This document shows positions 1-11,432 of a DNA stretch of 20,000 nucleotides, piece after piece. Under the pieces are notes generated by a model. That model did not search any database. It was not told where the DNA came from and saw only the letters and a program-made list of their open reading frames with translations. Origin of the DNA: Catajapyx aquilonaris (Eukaryota); the NCBI GenBank assembly GCA_000934665.2, contig JYFJ02001995.1, positions 44,991 through 64,990 of the forward strand, given 5' to 3'. How positions within the stretch are numbered: position 1 is the stretch's first letter; each line of letters opens with the position of its first letter. Both the position numbers and the translations under genes were made by a program.

Positions 1-1445
1 CCAGCCTATTGTATACATTTCTGGCTCGGGTCCTCGTTGTGGATTTGTGCAGGATTTTGTTTCGAGTGAGCGTGTGATGGTGTGGTGGATTCCATCCGTA
101 CTAAGTCTGCAATTATTTAAATGTGGTAGCACTGCGTACGAATCACTGTAAATGGGATCATGTTTAGCAGCTGCCGTGTTGCACATGCACAAACAGCCCA
201 ACAAAGCTGCAATTTTTTTAGCCCCCCCCCCCTCCCAAACCCATCCCATAGGGCAGGCTTCATTAATGTGCAGCACCCTAGTTGCTATCATTTTAACGCG
301 ATTTTGGCCAGTCGGAGCACATAAAGTTTTCAGCTCCCAACCCTGGACTCCAGGCTTAAAAACAGTGTTGAAATTAAATCGAATCAACACATATGTGTCC
401 ATATAAGGAATCCCTCTGCCCCGTGAGAGGATTGATAAATGAGGGTGGTAACCATCACCCTGAGCCGACACGAAATGGCCCAACTGACAAATATTTTTCA
501 AACTTATCGCCCTCCTGACACGTTAACATCGTTTACACGCAAGAGGAATCCCCCCTCTCTCTCATTTCATAATGATGCCGGACGGCCACTAATTTGTTTG
601 GGAGTTTCAGGTGTGCATTAGGAGGATGGGCTTGGATTTACTGGATTTTGCTCCTGACCAAGGAAGGAAATTACCCCCGATACATTATTGGTGAGGTGTC
701 CAACCGAATTTGCAGGCCAGACCAGGAAGACTCAGGGAGCTTGGAGTGGGGGAAAGCCAGTGGGCTGGCCACCATCCAATTTACAGTGTTATTGCTTTGA
801 ACAGGTGCACAAATTTTTACCAGCTCACAAGCCTGCAGACCAAATTCAGCATGTAAATTTATTTATTTTTCTGTACCCGCTACGTTTGGTATTGGCACCA
901 CTGATTCAAGCGGCAGTTACTTTTATTTCCCCCACCATCGAATCCTTCTCAAAGACCACTTTTGGAAAAGCTTGCCGCCAGGTCCCTGCAACTACCACCA
1001 TCGTCACTAAGCGCAAAACAAACCAAGTCCTTCTCCCTCCACCTCTTTTCCCCCCTCCTCAAAAAGCCCCCACTTTGGCTCCAGACCATTTGCACGATCC
1101 TTTCAGCACTCGAAACGAGAGAAAAGCCCTTCCCAATCGACGTCACCATTACCCATCAACCATTTCCCCATCTCTCACCGGAGGCCTTTGCCGCCTGAAA
1201 ACTCTTATTCACAGTCACTTTCCTGCCACGCAGACTGTCCCAATTGGACGAGCTGGATTTTCAGTCTCATTACTCCTGCTCCCACAAGTTCTAATAATCC
1301 TTTTCAGGGATTTGGAAAGGGAGTGAATTCCTGGAGTCCCAAAAAGATAGTTCCATTTTTTTTTTTTCCTTTTCCCTCAAGTACTTTCTCTCTCTCTACA
1401 AAGAAATTATTTATTCCTGTCCTCTTCCCATGCAATCGCGCTGCC

Positions 1446-1572
1446 ATTACAGGAGCCCCGCTCGCCTGATTAGGAAATGTTGAATATTACAGCAGGACCA
1501 TCAAGTAATTGCCATTATCCTCGGCCTAATCATTGTTAATGAGCAAGTCGGAGATATTACGGCGGGGATAAT
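1446..1572. promoter_or_regulatory. Candidate enhancer: dense homeodomain core (TAAT/ATTA) cluster
   Basis: Nine TAAT/ATTA cores in ~127 bp of sequence that is not AT-rich (about 1446, 1469, 1486, 1506, 1514, 1527, 1537, 1556, 1569). Roughly 1-2 would be expected by chance. Confidence 0.35.
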
Positions 1573-1670
1573 CAGTCGCTCCAGATTGGCTCCCCCCCGC
1601 TCTATTCCCAGTCTACGCCTCAGCTTTTTGGCGAGAGTTGAAATTTCACTTTACCACATATTCGACTGAA

Positions 1671-1686
1671 GGGGGGGGGGGGGGGG
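1671..1686 (+). repeat. Poly-G tract (G16)
   Basis: Direct reading. Confidence 0.9.
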
Positions 1687-2385
1687 CTATATTATGTAGG
1701 ATGGGAGGTATATATAGGCTTTTGCTGATTTCCGGCTCCAGTGAACACGAGCACGTTATGAGTCTGAGGCAATCAGTGTGTAGCAGGTTAATGAATTGAC
1801 GGAAAAGGTCGAGTGGTAAAAAGACAGCCGGAAATTGCACCAAATATGGTACAGAATGTCATTAAATGTTACACTCGCGTCGAATAACCATAGGCGTAAA
1901 TAATAATGTAGGATTTTTCTAGTAATTTTCTTACTTGAAAGCACATTATGCTGAGACGATCCGCACAAAGCCTTTGCCTTTCCTATCCTTAGTTTCTCAG
2001 CTTGGTTGATTACTATTGCGGGCGAATCTAAAGTGTCGTTCTTTTGAGAGAAGCAATCCGTTTCGTCTGCATTGTTAGGACGGCGGCGCCTGCTTGTGCG
2101 CGCAAGAGGTGCGGAAAATATTAGTCATTTAGTGCAGCCAAGAGCGGAATGAGCTCGACTTTTCCTCTCTTCTTCTTCGTTCTCTTCTTCCGTTTTTTTT
2201 TAAAGGGGGGAAAAACGGGAGGGACGGAGAAAAGACAAATGGAATGGACGTCTCGAGCGGCCCAAATCGGAATCTGGGTGAGGGTTCCAAAGAGGCAAAA
2301 TCTTCCGGAATGAAGGCGGCAAGGGAGAGCTCCTTTTTCCTGTTCCGAGAAACACTTTTGTATCGCCTTTCAGCTTTAGTGTTTT

Positions 2386-2412
2386 NCCCCCCCCCCCCAA
2401 AAAAAAAAAAAA
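2386..2412 (+). repeat. C12-A14 compound homopolymer next to an ambiguous base (n)
   Basis: n at 2386, C at 2387-2398, A at 2399-2412. Run lengths may be unreliable in the assembly. Confidence 0.85.
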
Positions 2413-3122
2413 CGAGAAAGCGACAGATTGTCTCCGTGTGTCTGTCTCCAAGTGTGACTCTCAGAGAGTAGCCGGAAGATATCATCCTGGGGGGTGGGAC
2501 ACTGTCAAAATATTTATGATATAATAATTCGTACTCATCACAAAAATTCAAAACTGATACAACTGTGATGTAATAGCATTATGATAGAATCCAACATGTA
2601 TATGCTATGTGCGGGTTTTTTTTCATCCTAGCATGATGCAACCCAAATCACATTGTACTGTATACAATTTCTACACGGTATTTCCTTCGACAGCAGCCAA
2701 TAAAATACCACTAGAAGTATATTTTTAGTCATCCTTCAGGCAATATCAGTGTCAAAAACTACGAACAATGTTTCATCTAATATTACAGTGCAACTGCCTG
2801 TTAAAATTATATTGGTAAAGCTGTCCCAACTTGTTAGTTGCATATGTAATACCGGACCACAGCATGCACGACACATGCCCAGAAAAAAAATGCAATAAAA
2901 TGACCCCAAAAAAATAATCTTGCCACTGCTTAGTAGCTCATGACACCAGATGTGGTAACCTACATACACAAAGTAGTCAAAAAAAAAAAAATCCACTCCT
3001 CTCTTACAGGTCAAAACCCAGCCCAGACCCAACCCCGGAACAAGTCCCAGGCTGCGACAGGATTTTACAACGCTTTAATTGTTGGGACGAATGGTAACCA
3101 GGCTGCAAATTTTCGTGACACT

Positions 3123-3140
3123 AATGAATGAATGAATGAA
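3123..3140 (+). repeat. (AATG)n microsatellite
   Basis: AATG x4.5. Confidence 0.85.
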
Positions 3141-3159
3141 AAGCCAACAAAGTGGTCAT

Positions 3160-3239
3160 TTTAATGGCAAAACCGCCTGCATTTTATGGCATAATAAGGC
3201 CTTTATGGTCCTTGACTGAAAAGTATGATCCATAATAAA
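3160..3239. promoter_or_regulatory. Candidate cluster of Hox/Caudal/Abd-B-class sites
   Basis: TTTAATGG at 3160, TTTATGG at 3183 and 3202, and CCATAATAAA at 3230. Confidence 0.3.
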
Positions 3240-3331
3240 GCGCTGCGGTGTGGGCGGGGTGGAGGAAGGTTTTTTTTTTCCGGGAGGCCCAGGGGGAATT
3301 TGTGCAGACTTTTGGGTGCGACAGGTTATAT

Positions 3332-3362
3332 GGGGAAGAGGGGGGTGGAGGGGGGAAGGGGG
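3332..3362 (+). other. Canonical G-quadruplex-forming motif
   Basis: GGGG-aaga-GGGGGG-tgga-GGGGGG-aa-GGGGG: four runs of at least G4 with 2-4 nt loops. Confidence 0.75.
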
Positions 3363-4700
3363 TAGATTTCTAACGCATCAGGAGATCTGATGTGCCACAC
3401 ACGACGCCCAGTCGGCAAACAGCCCAATTACGATTATACCGCCCACATATATGGTCGCATAAATTATAATGTAACAAACGCCAAGCCATATTCTAAATGA
3501 ATTGGACCCTGCTGACAGGGCCCGTTTGTCTAACTCTCTCACTCGTAAATTCACACACAAGATCCAACTGTGCCTGCAGATGAGTCAAACTGCAGACCGT
3601 GCTAATTACCACCGCACATTTGGCCCTTCTTTTGCAAACTGGAGCGTACATGCTGGTTGGATGCGCATGTTAGGAACATCACTAAATATCATTTTCAAGA
3701 ATGTAACATTTTATTACATACTAAAACTTGGCAACACTGCCCGACTCGCCACAAACTTGGACCAGATGACGCAAATGCTCCCTCTCTGCACAGTACTGCC
3801 TCTATCGGGGGGAAAGTAGTACTACATGCACGTTGGTCAGTCACAATATTCTAGCCAAATTTTATAAGGCATTTATGTGGAAGAGAAACACTATAGCAGG
3901 GGACTCGTTCTTCGCACGGTAATTGATAAATAAATAAATACGTAAAGTAAAGAAATCTGTGCCACAATTTCTGTAGATGAGCCACCAAACATCATTTTTA
4001 AAAACTTTAAAAAAATCCTAAATTTTGGGTATTTAGACTGAAAATATTGCGGACTTTTTCCTGAATCAACGTCTGTGACACGTTTCAGTACTCAGAACTC
4101 TGCAAGTGCGTTAGATAGCCGTGACATATACATAAATACCAACAAACTTTTTGATTTATATAATTACTGTACCCTATGTAAGATTTGGTCAGTGACCAGC
4201 TGAGTCCTTTTTTTCTTCTCAAAGAAATTCCCAAACGCATTGCAGTTGGGCGATAATGTAGGAATGGGGTCGGAGTTAGAGAGCCTTTTGGGGTGCTGGC
4301 CTGCCGAAAAGATTGGCAGCTACAATTCCAAGGCAGACGGTTTGATAGCACCCCCTCAAGCAGGTCACCTTCACCCCCCCTCGAGCCCCCAACCCCCATA
4401 AAACATTAGGATTGGAGTGGCGAATTTTGGATCTGCCCCTGGGCCCAAAAAAAACCCCCGCGAAAATCCCCCCAAAATCCGTTTCCATCTCTGGGAAGCT
4501 AGCTGGGCTCGGACCCTTCGTCATTCCTCTGCTCTCCTTCTGGACCCGCCAAGGGAAAATCTCATTTCGTACACGTTTAAAAGTGCTTTACGGGTTCTCA
4601 GAGCCGACGCGAATTGGCCAAATTAGCTCCTTGGGCACCACCCCCTCCCCCCTTTCTGTTTCCTTGCACGTACAAAAAGCCCTCCTCATATTAAAAACTA

Positions 4701-4719
4701 GGGGGGGGGGGGGGGGGGG
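4701..4719 (+). repeat. Poly-G tract (G19)
   Basis: Direct reading. Confidence 0.9.
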
Positions 4720-7700
4720 AAAGCCAGATGACCAAATCTGCTGAGAGATTACGCGGAATTGAATTTTCAAACTTCATGACTTATATCCGGGGAACGGGCG
4801 CAAAATTCAAATGTCTCAATTTTGGGCCTGTAAAATGCCAAGCAGTTATTTCCCAGAGTGTATGGGGGCCAAATGCAAATGCAAGTCTGCGCAGTTAGGG
4901 TGACGGGCTAATGAGAGAGACTAATTGAAGTAATTGCTAGTCGGTTTGCTTTACTAAAAGTTCATTAATGGAAGTAAAGGAGTGCAAGAAGATCCAGCCA
5001 GAGTTTGAAATCCATTATGAGATAAAACGAGGAGGGGGTTTTTGGGCTCAGAGCTTTTTGGAGGATTCATCCGGCCCCCACATTCTCTTGCAAAGGAATA
5101 GAATCGAGCAATATCGATGTGCTGACAGATTTTTTTAAATTGATAAATTTTAGAAAATAAATACTTTCCCCATTAAATCTTACAAGTAAATAAAACATCA
5201 TCGTTACGTACATATTGAAATGTGATTTGCTCACGATATAAAAACTGGTGTGACCATTTTCCGAGGAGTATGCCATTATTCCTGAATTAATTATCAGAAA
5301 TATTACTGCATTACGTCATACTGTAAAAGTGGAAAAATACGCCCTTCGTTCATCAAACATTTTTGGAGGCAAAAACCCCAGACCTGTCCATGGCAAGCAT
5401 AATCTCGCCAACCATTCCCTGGAGCTAAATCTCATAAAATATGAAACACCTATAAGCAAGAAATGCGCCTAATTAATAGCCCTTCCCATTTCACAAACGT
5501 GATTTCCGCAGTGTAATACCGCATTTAGTTACGCGCCGTAAAGCAGTTTTGCTGTTAAAACCGGGCAGTAATCATGACATTGTAGGACCATGGCCCCCCC
5601 ATGCTAAACATGCCCTTTTCATCGAAAACCACCCTCATATAAAGATATAATCCTTGTTCAGCACCAGCATAAACTCTCTTTTTTTTGCATATGCCCCCCC
5701 TAAAAAAATTGCAACCAACTTGGCCCCACAACACGTCACAATTGAAACAGAGACTGGCATTTGAAGGCTGGTGCACCATGCAGTAACTTCCTAATTACCA
5801 TAGACACAGCGGCACATGCCGGCCACTCCAAAGACTGCCTGTTGGCCGTAATTAACTATTCCAGATGTCCACCGACACATGTGTCTGTAATTACGCGTTA
5901 TGAACAGTCGGATGCGCCTGGGCCATCATAAAGCAAAAGTGGGCGCGGTCCCCCGAAATAAGAGGGGGGGGGAGGGGTCTAAACTTTGTTTAAAGAGGGA
6001 AATAATTATCCCAGCCAGAGTTTGCCATATAGTTAATGTCCGGACTGCCCATGGTAAATAAGTTGCGCGCGACGTTATTAACGTTGCGGTGCCATCAAAA
6101 ATATTCATTACACTTTTTTCCTCCCCTCCTGTGTCGAAGGGTGCAAGCCCTAAGGGGCCGGAATTTAAACTGCCAAATGATTGGGGTAAATATCCGGAGG
6201 TGCGGAAACCTGGCAGGTCGATTACAGGTGAGCCTCACGGGTTTGGGAGGGGTTTGATCCAGAGAGGGGGAAAAAAATAATAACAATGACAACAAAAAAA
6301 TTTCATATATCATCAAACATTCACATTATACTGTAGGTGTACAAAATTTGGCAATTTTAGGCCCGTGGCATTGTTTTCAGTTCTATATGAATTACCATCA
6401 GGAGCATCCGTATATAAGTGAGACTGCCATTCAAGTTAGCTCTGTAATTCTTCCAAGATAGAACTTTGGGTTGGAGGGGAAGGGGGGGGGGGTATCCGCA
6501 TTAGGCAGACTGCAGATCTGTCTGAATCCCGCCACACTTTTTGACCGATGGCCTCCATCAAGCAAACGCTTCCTCCTCTTGAGCTCCCTTCTCCCTCTTC
6601 ATTTCTTTTGAGCTCTTGAGAAGGGAAATTCCTACAAGAGAGAAGGAGGTGGGGATTTCCAACCTCCCCCTCCCCTTTCCTTCGTCTTCTTCTTCTTCTT
6701 CAAACCTCCCCCACCTCCCCAACCGTGTTTTCCAGCCAGCGCTTTCTCCGTCGGCACAAATCTTTCACCGAGAATCATGCAGCACTCTTGATCCCTCATG
6801 TCCGGACAAACGAGCTGGAGAGAGCCAGAAAAGGAAGAGTCAGCTTTGGAAATACGACTCGTTTTCCACTAAGTTAGATGCTGACCAGGCTCTCCCATAA
6901 CAACACTTCTCCTTAATTTTTGTCAACAACTCATTAAAACGGTCGCTTCCAACCAAATTAATGTTGGGGAAAATATCGCCGTAGCAAGTCACAGGGCAAG
7001 GTGAGCTTCCAGCACTGCTGGAATCGAATTTCGTAGACAATATCGGGGGATTGCACCGCGACAATAATCGCCAGAATCGACAATCCCATTAAATTGGAAG
7101 CGAGCGACGGAATTGGTTCGGCACCGCAACTAATCTATTGCGGAGGCGGACAATAAGACTCGCTTTTATAAATATATGACGGTCTGACTTGGCACGATTT
7201 GTTGTCATTGCCCCACCCGAGCAAGGCTATAAAGGAGGAAGCGTTGCTTGCGTCCCATCTCGGATGATAACGCAGGCCTAAATTGATCTGATTATCAGGA
7301 GTAATGGGGTTGTCAGGTGGAAGCAACCGCACTCTAGATATACAAGACGTGACATTCTCCCTTATTGCCGGCAACAGGGGCCGGCTCTAATCCCCCCTTC
7401 ACAAAAGACTGTCGTTATGGGGCTCAAAAAACGTCCTTCCCACGTGGATTGATTGCTCAAAATGTTCTTAAGAAAAAGGCGCTTCCTTCGAGACACCTTC
7501 CCAACGACGCAATAGGCCTCTCTGAGCCTAAAGAGGTGAGTTATGGTGCAGAGATGAGTACACTACAATATCGATGCTTCAAATGACTTAAATGTCATTT
7601 CTTTCATGCCACAAACAATGTTGTCTCCAGAGACACCACAGCATTAATTAAGGGTGAAATGTAGAAATTGGCTTCAAACACACAACTCCAAACACACAAA

Positions 7701-8901
7701 TATGGTGTAGGTTATGTTTCCAATAATTATGTACAAATCATTTTTTAAATCATTGAATTAACCCATATATGCCTAACGTCCTATATATGTAGTACACTTA
7801 GTTGTTAGAATATTATTAGTCATTACGATGTTCATTTGCTAATAAAACAAAAACATTTTAAAGACTTAAATTCAGGAACATCTGCATTAATTTTTAAAAC
7901 AAAATTTGCTGTCCCCACATTCTGAACAAACTTTGCGGAAAATTTATATATATTAGCCCATACCGTGCTGGGTCCCGGATTAACCAAGAGACGTTTACTA
8001 CTTTACTGCACTTGGCATGTCGACATAAGGCCGGCCTATAAGCCCATAACCGGATGTAATTAACGCGGCTCAAAAATAACCGACGGCAGATAGGCCATAA
8101 TAAAGCAGAAAATTTCGGGCCAGGGAAGTAAAGCCGCGCGCTTTGGAAACAAATCATTTCAGATTGTGATCTAGAAACGCTGCGTAATAGAATATGAGTA
8201 GTTATGGTGGGGGGGAGGAGGGTATAGGGGGGGTAGTTAATGCGATGCTTTGCATACAATTCCTGCTGGTGCTGAATCCGGGCCTGGCCAATACGGGGCG
8301 GTAAAAAGGAATAAGCCGGTAGCCGGACAAAACGTCCAATTAAATCCAAATCTGTATTTCCAAGGCTGGGGAAGGAGATCAGGCTTGATCAGCATCCATC
8401 ACGGGCAGGGTCCCCCGGAAACCATCTTAATGGAGCCAACGGGGGAAGATTATAGGGAGCGAATCCTGGCGGACAAAGCCGGCGAGATGAGGCCTGCGAT
8501 CAGATAGTTACTCCCCATTAGTCTTTCGCCTAAGCTCACTTCAGCCGCTGGAAAAGCGCTTTGGCCCGTTATTTGCATAGAAGCCCCGGAGATTTACACG
8601 ACTGCAGCGACTCTGCCCACATGCACAGCCCCCCACCCCTCTTTTCCTCTTGCAAAATTTACCGCCTTTCTCAGACTGAAGGCCCGGTGCACACACGCCA
8701 TTATAGTCGGTCCTGATCACAGGCCATGTAAGGCGAAATGGCCACCAGGATCAAAGGGACCGGTTGGGTCATCCTAAATTATTGGAAATTATTTTGTACG
8801 GATGGGCGGTACTCTCAATCGACACGATTGGCCCAAGAGACTAATAAGGTCCTGATAAAAAAATTCTTGACGGTCAGGTACAGGAAAATCCAAGGGGTTA
8901 A

Positions 8902-9025
8902 CCACTCGATTGTAAAGTGTACACTGGAGTACCAAATTCAAGGAGTACCAAGGAGTACCAAGAGTAAGATACCTAAGGAGTACCTGGGAATACCACTGCA
9001 GGTGTACACCTGAGCACCGAAGTGG
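8902..9025. mobile_element. piggyBac-like MITE with TTAA target-site duplication
   Basis: TTAA at 8898-8901 and 9026-9029 flank CCACT...AGTGG. The degenerate ~30-bp TIRs (8902-8930 vs reverse complement of 8995-9025) match at about 23 of 31 aligned positions and share GTGTACAC. The interior consists of GGAGTACC direct repeats and there is no transposase ORF. Confidence 0.65.
8926..8994 (+). repeat. Internal ~10-bp direct repeats (AGGAGTACCA-like) of the MITE
   Basis: GGAGTACC at 8926, 8942, 8952 and 8977, with degenerate copies near 8961 and 8987. Confidence 0.8.
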
Positions 9026-9070
9026 TTAACCCATTGGGAAAATCCCTTTTGTGACGGAAAATACTTTGTT

Positions 9071-9210
9071 TTTCGAATATTTCCGATTAATTCAGAATAT
9101 ATTCGAGCATTTCCGATTAATTCCGAACATTTCCGATTAATTCCGAACATTTCCGATTAATTCCGAACATTTCCGATTAATTCCGAATATATCCGGATAT
9201 TTCCGAATGC
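9071..9210 (+). repeat. Minisatellite: 14 x 10-bp monomers forming the 20-bp higher-order unit TTCCGAACAT-TTCCGATTAA
   Basis: Perfect alternation of TTCCGATTAA and TTCCGAACAT across 9111-9180, with diverged monomers at both edges. Confidence 0.95.
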
Positions 9211-9922
9211 TTCTGCGAAGTAGTTGAAAACCCGACGTAAGAGGGCTCGACTTTTTTTTCTCTCTTCCTTTCCCTCGTGGTCCATTGCTCTTTACTCCTC
9301 AGCCTCACCACCATGGAGTGGAATGGCACTTTGAAATCGGGGTTCCGTCCAGCCAAGCCAAGCCAGCCCAGCAGCCTCTCTCCCTCACTCTGGATCCAGT
9401 GATAGATTTTCCGCAGTCCCTTAATTCACTTCCTCCGCACAAGCAATTGAAGGCAAAAAGAAGTCGATATGGCCCAGGGATAGGATCACGCGATTTGTTT
9501 TCATGGGGGTTGGTGCAGCAGTAGCAAGTAACCCTCTTATACTTTTTGGCAGGCCACAAAAACCGATGAAGATGGGGCCTGGGCTCTACCACTTGCATTT
9601 GGCTACATCCGGAGAGGCGGCAGGGCCGGCCACGGCAGCAATAATGCTAGATGGACCCCGGCTTATAATGGAATTCCCAGTTGGAGACTCTTTCGCAAAT
9701 AGACCCGCCTCTAAAAGCCTGGTTCGAATCCTATTTCCTCCTCTAGCCACTTGTAAAATCCACTTTCGCCCCCTCCAGCCCTATATGATTTTTGTCCATT
9801 TCCTTCCAGCCACGAAACTGGGGCCATTACGGTAATGCACTTTACAGCTGATCTTAATGTAAAGTGAAACATGGATGGATTCATTGTGGGAAAGAGGACT
9901 CGGCCGCAAGGGGGATGAGGAA

Positions 9923-9953
9923 AGAGAGAGAGAGAGAGAAAAAAGAAAGAAAA
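9923..9953 (+). repeat. (GA)n microsatellite / polypurine tract
   Basis: About 8 AG units followed by AAAG repeats. Confidence 0.85.
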
Positions 9954-11432
9954 GTTACTTGCTCGGACGGAACAGAAAGAAGAATGGAACAAGATGCAAG
10001 TAGGAAAAGAAGATAAAGAGAGCTGCAGTCCGGAGATGACTCTGGCAGTGACGGCTCAACTGGAAAACACTCTCCCCAAACCGGCTGTCAAATCTTAACG
10101 CAACCGCAAAGTGTATCAAAAGGAGCAATGTATTATTGCTGCAGAACAACTTACATAAACAAAAAAACTATATTATTTTCTAAGGGGAAAAAAGAGAATA
10201 AGAACAAAAACTCGTCTGCAGGCGTCACAGCTAGCTTAATTAAATCTGGCTGCCGCCAGAGATCTACTTCGTTAATTATTACTTTTGTCTTCTGCAAAGT
10301 TTTGCTTTAATTCGCAAGATTCTGACAATACTGAGAGCCCTGGAGCATATCCCTGCCACAGTCTTCAATAATAATTAAATGCGTAAAATGAAAATAACAG
10401 AGTTTGTCTTTCTGCGACCGGACTAGTTTCATTGGTCAAACAATGTTGTAAAAATAATTTTTTTGACAAAACAGTGCACTAATCCAACTTTATCCCAAAT
10501 GGAGACATTGGCTGGTAGCATTAAATAGTGCATAGAGGCCATAACATGAAGCTATGCAGGTACAGCATGACTCCAAGTGACGCTAAAGGTGCAGGCACGC
10601 GAAATGTCTTCGTCGAGCCGTCATGTCAAATGTCAGAGATTCATTTCACGCTCACCTGTAAAATAATTCTCATACGCGAATATTCCGAATGTGACAAGAG
10701 CTCCAAGTGCAGCTGGCTCCGAAATTCGCAGCATTCCTCTGCTAAAAGCGAGCCCCCCACCAATTTCTACCTTTTCTATGATGAAGCTCTGCACGCTCTC
10801 AAATAACGAAGCAAACATCTGCCAACAGTAAAACTCCCCAGGTGGAGATATTTATTCTTCTTCATGTCCCCCCACCCCCACTCCCTCTCTACCTTCTTGT
10901 GGGAGACTAAAATTCCTGAAAAACTTCGTTACCAGAGCAGTCGGCATGTTGGATGGAATTCGAGTCCTCCTGGGCTTGGAAAACGAACCGCTAAGCTGAG
11001 GAATTATACCCCCTACCATGCGACTTTGCAAAATCTGTTTGGTTGGAATGTGTTTCCGAATCATTTTCACAGTCGCAGGAGGGAGAGAGAGAGAGAAGCT
11101 TCTTTGCCCAGAAGCAAAACTGTTTTGCATTCCTGGATGACCGATTTCCTTCCACCCCCTCCGTCAGCCTAACTACGGTTTATTTGGATATCCGCCCCGT
11201 TTTGCACAATCGACCGTATTCAGCAGCTTTGGTAAACCAGACCTCAAAACCCGAACATAACATGCACATGCATAATATAAGTCCAATCCTTGAAATAGTA
11301 ATGGAATTCAAATTAGGATGTAATGCAGAAGTAATGTTATACAAAAACCAAATGCGTCACCTGCAATTAACTGAATTTAATCCGTGGTAAATTGCATGCG
11401 TTATCAGAAAATGTGCGACCACTTCTCCTGTA

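Noticed and set aside
596..616. Partial similarity to miR-87 (AGTTTCAGGTGTG)
   Set aside because: Only the 3' half matches. The seed is absent and no precursor hairpin is evident.
688..1326. Longest ORF (212 aa)
   Set aside because: It has a non-ATG start, low-complexity Pro/Thr/Leu content that tracks C-rich DNA, and no recognisable domain. It is consistent with a chance ORF.
2160..2235. Pyrimidine/purine fold-back hairpin
   Set aside because: The pairing is driven by low-complexity tracts.
190..3427. 12-bp exact repeat CAAACAGCCCAA at 190 and 3416
   Set aside because: Several 12-mer matches are expected by chance in 20 kb.
3728..3739. Solo TIR-like end TTGGCAACACTG
   Set aside because: No partner inverted end or TSD was found, and it is too short to call.
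4428..4441. Solo TIR-like end TGGATCTGCCCCTG
   Set aside because: It resembles ends of some invertebrate MITEs, but no matching left end was found.
8349..8366. Encodes NLYFQG, resembling the TEV protease site (possible vector contamination)
   Set aside because: It lacks the preceding Glu and has no tags or vector sequence nearby, so it is a coincidence.
9071..9210. CRISPR-like regular repeat
   Set aside because: It is a pure tandem repeat with no unique spacers, no cas genes and a eukaryotic context.
9680..9740. Pol III B-box GGTTCGAATCC (9721-9731) suggesting a tRNA or SINE
   Set aside because: No convincing A-box, cloverleaf or acceptor stem. At most a very decayed SINE head.
9503..9835. 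110-aa ATG-initiated ORF
   Set aside because: No recognisable homology or supporting gene structure, and it overlaps similar-length ORFs on the other strand.
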